Position numbers and translations under genes: made by a program. From contig JAOPTT010000017.1 in assembly GCA_051531975.1 (NCBI GenBank), positions 32,001 through 96,000 on the forward strand: DNA of 64,000 nt. Direction: 5' to 3'. Position 1 is the first letter of the stretch. Each line of letters opens with the position of its first letter. This DNA comes from Spirochaetaceae bacterium (lineage in GTDB: Bacteria > Spirochaetota > Spirochaetia > DSM-2461). The notes beneath the pieces are model-generated. The model searched no databases, was not told the origin of the DNA, and saw only the letters and a program-made list of their open reading frames with translations. Below are positions 58,439 through 64,000 of the stretch, in pieces.

Positions 58439-59068
58439 TTATATACCGTTACAAAGTTTTTTTACAGAAATATATAGTTTTTTACAAGATTCTACCTTAT
58501 TTCTCTTAAAATCCATTAATGTAGAGTGATTACAACAATCTGTAACTGCTCTAACTGATACAAAATTTATATCTAACTTTTTACATAAAGAAAATACTGA
58601 GTATGTTTCCCATGTAACTATCGATGCACCTTTTTCTTTCAATTTATTAACATCTGATTCTGAATTTATACTTTTTTCAATTGAAGCTACAACTAATTCA
58701 GAAATATCTATATTTGGTATATATGTTTTAACACTATATGTATCTCCAATAATAGTATTATTATTAGGATTGTCAATATTAAAAAATTCTATAGAACTAT
58801 TTGATATTACAATACTATTTATTGGTATGTCCCCGGTTAAAGAACCACAAGTTCCAGTATCGATAATTAAGTCTGGATTTTCTTTTATTATTAAGGGATA
58901 GAGATTTAATATTGTACTGTTTTTTCCAATACCTGTATAAATAAGGATGAGCCCACCTCTAGCGGCAATTCTTGGTATCTCTTTTTTTGTTGTTTTTTCA
59001 ATCAGACCAAGCTGATTCCTAGCTTCATTAAACTCTACAGGTAGTGCACATGTTATTACTATTTTCAT
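58439..59068 (-). CDS. MTA/SAH nucleosidase-like protein (PNP_UDP_1 family)
   Basis: 'CALPVEF', 'TGIGK', 'DTGTCGSL', 'WET', 'VRAVTD'. Confidence 0.75.
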   Translation of the reverse strand: MKIVITCALPVEFNEARNQLGLIEKTTKKEIPRIAARGGLILIYTGIGKNSTILNLYPLIIKENPDLIIDTGTCGSLTGDIPINSIVISNSSIEFFNIDNPNNNTIIGDTYSVKTYIPNIDISELVVASIEKSINSESDVNKLKEKGASIVTWETYSVFSLCKKLDINFVSVRAVTDCCNHSTLMDFKRNKVESCKKLYISVKKLCNGI

Positions 59069-59073
59069 CTACG

Positions 59074-59556
59074 CTATTCTAGCATAACTTTGATATTAAA
59101 TTCTTTAGAAATGTTATCTAAATAACTGTTAAGCTTAGATAGTTGGTCATTTGTTACATATCCACTTAATTTACATGAAAATTTATTTTCATCAACTTTA
59201 AAACCTAGACCTAATTCAGAGTTTATTAGTGAAATACACTTTTGTTCAAAGTCATCACATTCATCATAATCGACAATCAACTTTTCTCCGTTGGCTCTAA
59301 CAAAGAGAATAACAGTATTTAGTTTATTTATCTCAAGGCTTTCATCATCCTCAAAATAATATTTTATATCCCCGCAATTTTCTAAAAAAAGATCAGAGTG
59401 TGTGGCGACAACACCGTCTTCATCTAATAACCTGGATTCTATTTTTATTACTCTTTTTTTACTATTTTCCACCAGATAATCATGAACTTCCTGTCTGGAT
59501 GTAAAATCGCTAAAGCTTACCTTCATAACATACCTCTTATACATAATTATAAACAA
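59074..59556 (-). CDS. Hypothetical protein
   Basis: 150-160 aa ORF; AGAGG RBS before MKVSF. Confidence 0.5.
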   Translation of the reverse strand: MFIIMYKRYVMKVSFSDFTSRQEVHDYLVENSKKRVIKIESRLLDEDGVVATHSDLFLENCGDIKYYFEDDESLEINKLNTVILFVRANGEKLIVDYDECDDFEQKCISLINSELGLGFKVDENKFSCKLSGYVTNDQLSKLNSYLDNISKEFNIKVMLE

Positions 59557-59587
59557 AATGTCAGAAATAGTACAAATTTAATTTGTT

Positions 59588-61027
59588 TTAGTTATATTTT
59601 GTAAAATTACGGTTGTCTTCATCAAATGGTACAGTGTCAGATGTCTTTAAATACCAGTTTAACATTCTACTCTCAAAATCGAGTTTAATATCTTTATATT
59701 CATCTTCATAATACAAGTTGTCTATTTCCATTGGATCATCTTTTAAATTGTACAGTTCATTAACATCATCTGTTCTTTTAATAAGTTTAAAATCTAAGTT
59801 CCTAATCATAGTTGTCCTACATACACTCTCAGGATAATCCTGTTGTTGTTTAGCCTTAGGATAATAGATGTTTTCTGGATTGGATATTTGACCACCCCTT
59901 TCTGGATATCCTTCAAAAGCATGTGGTTCGTGTCTGTCATAACCACCTTCAGAGAATACAAACCTGGCCCTATCATCTTTTTCACCTTTTAAGTGTGGGG
60001 TTAATGTTTGTGCAAAACTTGTATGTTTTAACTCTATATTGGCTAGGTCAAGAATTGTGGCACTAAGATCAAAACACTCAATTGGTCCTTTTACTCTTAA
60101 ACCTTTTTTACATATTGGGGATTTAACAACAAATGGAACTTTTACTAAGTTATCAGTAAATGCATTGGGCCATTTCTCCACTAGTCCATAATCCCCTGCA
60201 AATTCCCCATGGTCACTGGTTACAAATAGGGTCGTATTACTATTTAAATCTAATTTATTCATAGTATCTAATAATTTACCAAGTAGCATATCTGAAAAAG
60301 AGACCATTCCACTATATATATTTTGCATATCATTAAAATGATTTTTATCTAAATCGTCTAGAGATCTATACTCTCTAATAAGTTCGTGGAACTTAGGTTT
60401 AATTCCGACTGGAATGGGTTTTATAATATCTAAGTCTATATCATCGTACATATGATGATATTTTTTAGGTGCGTAAAATGGTACATGGGGAATTCCTACT
60501 GGGATGAAGACGCAATACTTTTTATTATCTTTATGCATTTTTGTTATAAAATTTATAGCCGCATCAACTTCCATTTCAGATTTTTTTGGAAGCCCTTCAT
60601 ATGATGGATTTTTTAGAAAGCTGTAATACCTTTTATCTGACTTACTGAACCTCTGGGTAGGAGAACCTTCTGGAGGAAGGATAGTATCTTTTACATCTAT
60701 TAACTTTTCTACCATCTCTTCTGAATAAAGGTCATTTTTTCCAAACCAACCAATTTCATATCCATCATTTTTTAAGTATTCAAGCAAAGATTTTTGATGT
60801 GGACGAATTGAATGAAAGAGTGTTCTATGACCATTATTATGAACATACTGTCCTGTCATCATTGAGACTCTTGATGGTGTACAAACAGGGTTCTGAGAGA
60901 AAGCATTTTCAAAAACAACTCCATCCTTTGCCATTCTTTCATAATTGGGGGTTTTTAGATTTTTATTTCCATAGAGACTTACTGATTCAGCCCTCGTTGA
61001 ATCGGGATAATATATTATAAAATTCAA
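59588..61027 (-). CDS. Formylglycine-dependent sulfatase (Cys type)
   Basis: 'CTPSRVSMMTG', 'GKND', 'PHVP', 'SDHG', 'ELYNLKDDPME'. Confidence 0.92.
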   Translation of the reverse strand: MNFIIYYPDSTRAESVSLYGNKNLKTPNYERMAKDGVVFENAFSQNPVCTPSRVSMMTGQYVHNNGHRTLFHSIRPHQKSLLEYLKNDGYEIGWFGKNDLYSEEMVEKLIDVKDTILPPEGSPTQRFSKSDKRYYSFLKNPSYEGLPKKSEMEVDAAINFITKMHKDNKKYCVFIPVGIPHVPFYAPKKYHHMYDDIDLDIIKPIPVGIKPKFHELIREYRSLDDLDKNHFNDMQNIYSGMVSFSDMLLGKLLDTMNKLDLNSNTTLFVTSDHGEFAGDYGLVEKWPNAFTDNLVKVPFVVKSPICKKGLRVKGPIECFDLSATILDLANIELKHTSFAQTLTPHLKGEKDDRARFVFSEGGYDRHEPHAFEGYPERGGQISNPENIYYPKAKQQQDYPESVCRTTMIRNLDFKLIKRTDDVNELYNLKDDPMEIDNLYYEDEYKDIKLDFESRMLNWYLKTSDTVPFDEDNRNFTKYN

Positions 61028-61030
61028 GAT

Positions 61031-62506
61031 TTATTCCTCCTGGACATATTCAGCTTTACCATGAAGGTAGTTTTCAAAATCAGCAGCACCTGGCCATCTA
61101 ACTTTGGTATCATCAGCTGCTCTACTTTTATATGTCTTATTAAAGTAACAACTTTTACTAAACCATGCTAATAAGTCTAATATCATTCTGTTTTTTATTT
61201 TACTATATTCACTGTTATCAAATAGATTGTTAAATTCCTTATGGTCTTTGTTTAAGTCGTAAAGTTCTCCATAGGTTTGATCAATATAATATACAAGTTT
61301 ATAATCTTTATCTCTTATCATGATAAGATAGTTATCTTCACAAAATACATACTTATTTTGACTATCACTATTTAGGTTGATTCCCTCTAATCTGTTTGGT
61401 ATCTTTATTCCACCATAACCTAGTATAGTTGGTCCTAAATCCATAAGGCTTACTAGATCACTGTTTATTATAGATGGCTCATTAGGTTTTCTAAAATCCT
61501 TTATAATAAGAGGTACATTTGTAACATTATCATACATAAGCCATTTATATGGTAGTTTATGATCCCCAAGGTTATCACCATGGTCACTTGTTAATATAAT
61601 AACCGTATTATCTAACATTCCCTTAACTTTAAGGGCATTTATAATTTCTCCAATTTTATCATCAATCAGAGTTATATTTGCGCTGTAATGTTTTCTAATT
61701 TTCTGAATATCTTCATCTTTTGCATCCCTTGTATTTATCTGGGACTGATCGTTATTACTGGTTCTAAAATATGTCTGGTGTGCCTTTTGTTGAGGTGGCT
61801 TATCCTCTAGTTCTCCATCTACAAACTCCCTTTGGGGGAACTCAATACCATCGTACATTTTCAGATATCTCTCTGGAGGATCAAATGGATCGTGGGGACC
61901 TGGGAAACCTATCTGCATAAATAGTGGTTTACTCTGGTTCCAGTTATTTATCCACTCTTTTGCTAAATTACCTGTATATACATCACTATGTAGGTTTTCA
62001 CCTTTTTCCCAAACCATACAGTTATGTTTTTGTTTCCAATCTGGATCAGTTTTATGGAGGGCTGTGTCCCGCTTCTCTCCATGCATTGTTAACCACCAAC
62101 CCCATTCATCTTCATGAAGGTTTTGAGCCTCGTAATTTTCTGCTTTATTTTCAATAACTTTTCTCTCATGGAAACCTATATTATCAAAGATTGGCTTTAC
62201 ATGCATTTTCCCAATATTAACACAGTGATAACTGTTTTCAGAAAGGTCTTCCACCCAGCTTCTATGATGACTCCAATCATCAAAAGAGTAGACTCCACTA
62301 TTATGTGAATAAAGTCCTGTAAACATAGCAGCTCTAGATGCAACACAGGTTGCGCCTGGGCAAAAAGCTTTAGTATAAGCTGTACCCTTATCTATTAAAC
62401 TGTCCATATTTGGAGTAATCATATAGTCATACCCTAGGGCATTTATAGTGTCTATACGCTGCTGATCTGTCATTATTAAAATAATATTAGGTCTTTTTTT
62501 AATCAT
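61031..62506 (-). CDS. Formylglycine-dependent sulfatase (Cys type, CxAxR variant)
   Basis: 'RPNIILIMTDQQR', 'TPNMD', 'CVASRAAMFTG', 'GKMH', 'PHDP', 'SDHG'. Confidence 0.92.
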   Translation of the reverse strand: MIKKRPNIILIMTDQQRIDTINALGYDYMITPNMDSLIDKGTAYTKAFCPGATCVASRAAMFTGLYSHNSGVYSFDDWSHHRSWVEDLSENSYHCVNIGKMHVKPIFDNIGFHERKVIENKAENYEAQNLHEDEWGWWLTMHGEKRDTALHKTDPDWKQKHNCMVWEKGENLHSDVYTGNLAKEWINNWNQSKPLFMQIGFPGPHDPFDPPERYLKMYDGIEFPQREFVDGELEDKPPQQKAHQTYFRTSNNDQSQINTRDAKDEDIQKIRKHYSANITLIDDKIGEIINALKVKGMLDNTVIILTSDHGDNLGDHKLPYKWLMYDNVTNVPLIIKDFRKPNEPSIINSDLVSLMDLGPTILGYGGIKIPNRLEGINLNSDSQNKYVFCEDNYLIMIRDKDYKLVYYIDQTYGELYDLNKDHKEFNNLFDNSEYSKIKNRMILDLLAWFSKSCYFNKTYKSRAADDTKVRWPGAADFENYLHGKAEYVQEE

Positions 62507-62524
62507 TATTTATCCTTATAATTT

Positions 62525-62560
62525 AAAATCATCCCCCTAGGAATCAGAGGGATGAAGATT
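62525..62560 (-). terminator. Hairpin after the binding-protein gene
   Basis: tcatccc...gggatga stem, followed on the minus strand by tttt. Confidence 0.5.
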
Positions 62561-64000
62561 CTACTGTTTAAAAAATTTATAATAGTCGTCGTAAACGTTC
62601 ATTACTTTTGATAGACCCATTTTTTCAAGTCTATCTAAATAATTATCCCACTCTACATCAATATCAGTATCGGACATTACAATCCATTTGGCCTGCATCT
62701 CCTGTACATAATTATGTATATCAACTAGATAAATATCTAGAACTTTTGATTGTTCTTCTGAAAAATAACCTCTTGGAAAATATTCTTCTGGGAAATATTG
62801 TGAATATATAGCATGTCTGTCCAGTTTTCTCTGTCTTGATTCAGGTAGTGGATAGTTTTTATACATCTCTCTAGTTAAAACTAGTGGAGCTACATAGTTA
62901 GGAGAGTGATTAAACTTAAATTCATCTGCAGTCATTCCCTCTGGAACTGGAAGGGTTTGAATCATTCCGTCACTATCTTTTTCTATAACAACACCATAAG
63001 TTCCTTTCATTGCCTGCCATGAACCATCTTCAGTAAATAACCAGTCTGCCCAACGTATACTTATTTCAGGGTTTTTATTAGCGGATGTTATAATAAATCT
63101 ATTTCTTCCTGTAAACACCCAAGGACTCCATGCCCAGTAAGTTTCATCCCCAGGTCCATCTAATGGAGGAAGCATTACATAATCACTTTTAGCTTTTTCT
63201 GCTCCAACCATGTTTTCATCAAGCCAGATTGAAAATACTCCCAATGTTGTATCTGCAGTTTTTCCTTTTGAAATAAACTCTTTACGAGATTGAGTATATG
63301 TTTCTTGGTCTAACAGACCTTCGGAGTAGATTTTTTGTAGAAATTTCAGGCCCTCTTTATATTCTTCAGAAGCTGGAACAAAGAGTGGTTTCCCATTTTT
63401 TACCATAAGATGATTATCTACATCATCTATTACCCCATAAGCTCCAAAAAATGAGTTATTCCCCAGAACTGCATTATTGGCAAGGTATGACCATGGAATC
63501 TCATCAGCTTTTCCATTTCCATTTGGATCTTCCTCTTTAAATGCTTTAAGAGCTTCATAAAATTCCTGAATAGTTTTTGGTACTTCTAGACCTAGTTTAT
63601 CCAGCCATTTTTTATTAATGAACATGTTATCTCTATTCTCTTTTTCAGTGAACTCATCAACAGCAGGTAAGGCATATATATGTCCATCAGGTGCTGTAAC
63701 AGAGCTTTTTACATCAGGATATTTTTTAAAGAAAGCTGAAATGTTTGGAGCATACTGTTCGATAAGATCTTCAAGAGGTATAAAAGCTCCGGAAGGACCA
63801 TATTTAACAATATGACTATCTGTTAGACCACGTCCATTTAAAAAGATATCTGGTAGATCACCACTTGCAAGCAGAAGATTTATTTTTTCAGCATGATTAG
63901 CCTGGGGGATTTCTGTCCATTCTATTTGAACACCAGTCTTTTCCTGATACTCTTTAAAGAACGTCATTTCTGAAAAATTACCATGTAAAGTGTGTTTCTC
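62561..64000 (-). CDS. Carbohydrate ABC transporter substrate-binding protein (LplA-like), N-terminus outside the window
   Basis: 'LLASGDLPD', 'APDGHIYALP', 'INKKWLDKLGL', 'DPNGNGKADEIP'; frame open to the window end. Confidence 0.9.
   Translation of the reverse strand, partial: EKHTLHGNFSEMTFFKEYQEKTGVQIEWTEIPQANHAEKINLLLASGDLPDIFLNGRGLTDSHIVKYGPSGAFIPLEDLIEQYAPNISAFFKKYPDVKSSVTAPDGHIYALPAVDEFTEKENRDNMFINKKWLDKLGLEVPKTIQEFYEALKAFKEEDPNGNGKADEIPWSYLANNAVLGNNSFFGAYGVIDDVDNHLMVKNGKPLFVPASEEYKEGLKFLQKIYSEGLLDQETYTQSRKEFISKGKTADTTLGVFSIWLDENMVGAEKAKSDYVMLPPLDGPGDETYWAWSPWVFTGRNRFIITSANKNPEISIRWADWLFTEDGSWQAMKGTYGVVIEKDSDGMIQTLPVPEGMTADEFKFNHSPNYVAPLVLTREMYKNYPLPESRQRKLDRHAIYSQYFPEEYFPRGYFSEEQSKVLDIYLVDIHNYVQEMQAKWIVMSDTDIDVEWDNYLDRLEKMGLSKVMNVYDDYYKFFKQ

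Noticed and set aside
2073..63815. Many short ORFs (60-165 aa) antisense or frame-shifted within long genes, e.g. 28611..29102, 30186..30680, 34351..34845, 42220..42636
   Set aside because: They lie within well-supported genes and show no recognisable motifs; they are best explained as shadow ORFs.
1..64000. CRISPR array, tRNA, rRNA or IS transposase
   Set aside because: No regularly spaced repeats with spacers, cloverleaf or rRNA-like segments, or transposase ORFs were seen.

Overview
Low-GC chromosomal segment from a free-living spirochete (inferred from the FlbB collar protein, the ftsZ-xerD-TPR-dprA-xerC-hslVU-flgB gene order and the 'LFAGGQEE'-type binding-protein signal). Most genes are on the minus strand. 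1-12.6 kb: AraC C-terminus, an XRE/membrane-protein pair with four tandem operators, and a LacI-type sugar locus (ABC importer, GH130 phosphorylase, two MggS-like GT4 proteins, glucosylglycerate phosphorylase) with a thrice-repeated operator. 13-19.4 kb: accessory zone of co-oriented decayed gene fragments (three GNATs, SDR, DUF2019, DUF2971, one hypothetical), an orphan siroheme nitrite/sulfite-reductase-like gene, a Ni/Co transporter-DUF1007 pair and a ~215-nt structured non-coding element I could not assign. 19.5-26.9 kb: Se-dependent Mo-hydroxylase maturation genes (yqeC, yqeB, xdhC, MoeA-like), a recQ remnant, a polar amino-acid ABC transporter and MscS. 26.9-48.2 kb: spirochete dcw/xer/hslVU/flagellar basal-body super-operon. 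48.3-64 kb: GH57/DUF4912, methyltransferase, degenerate M23, recN, nadK, a DegT-like protein lacking catalytic residues, cheW, a nucleosidase, two sulfatases and a partial sugar-binding protein. No tRNA, rRNA, CRISPR array or transposase was seen. All assignments come from motif recognition by eye, without database searches.
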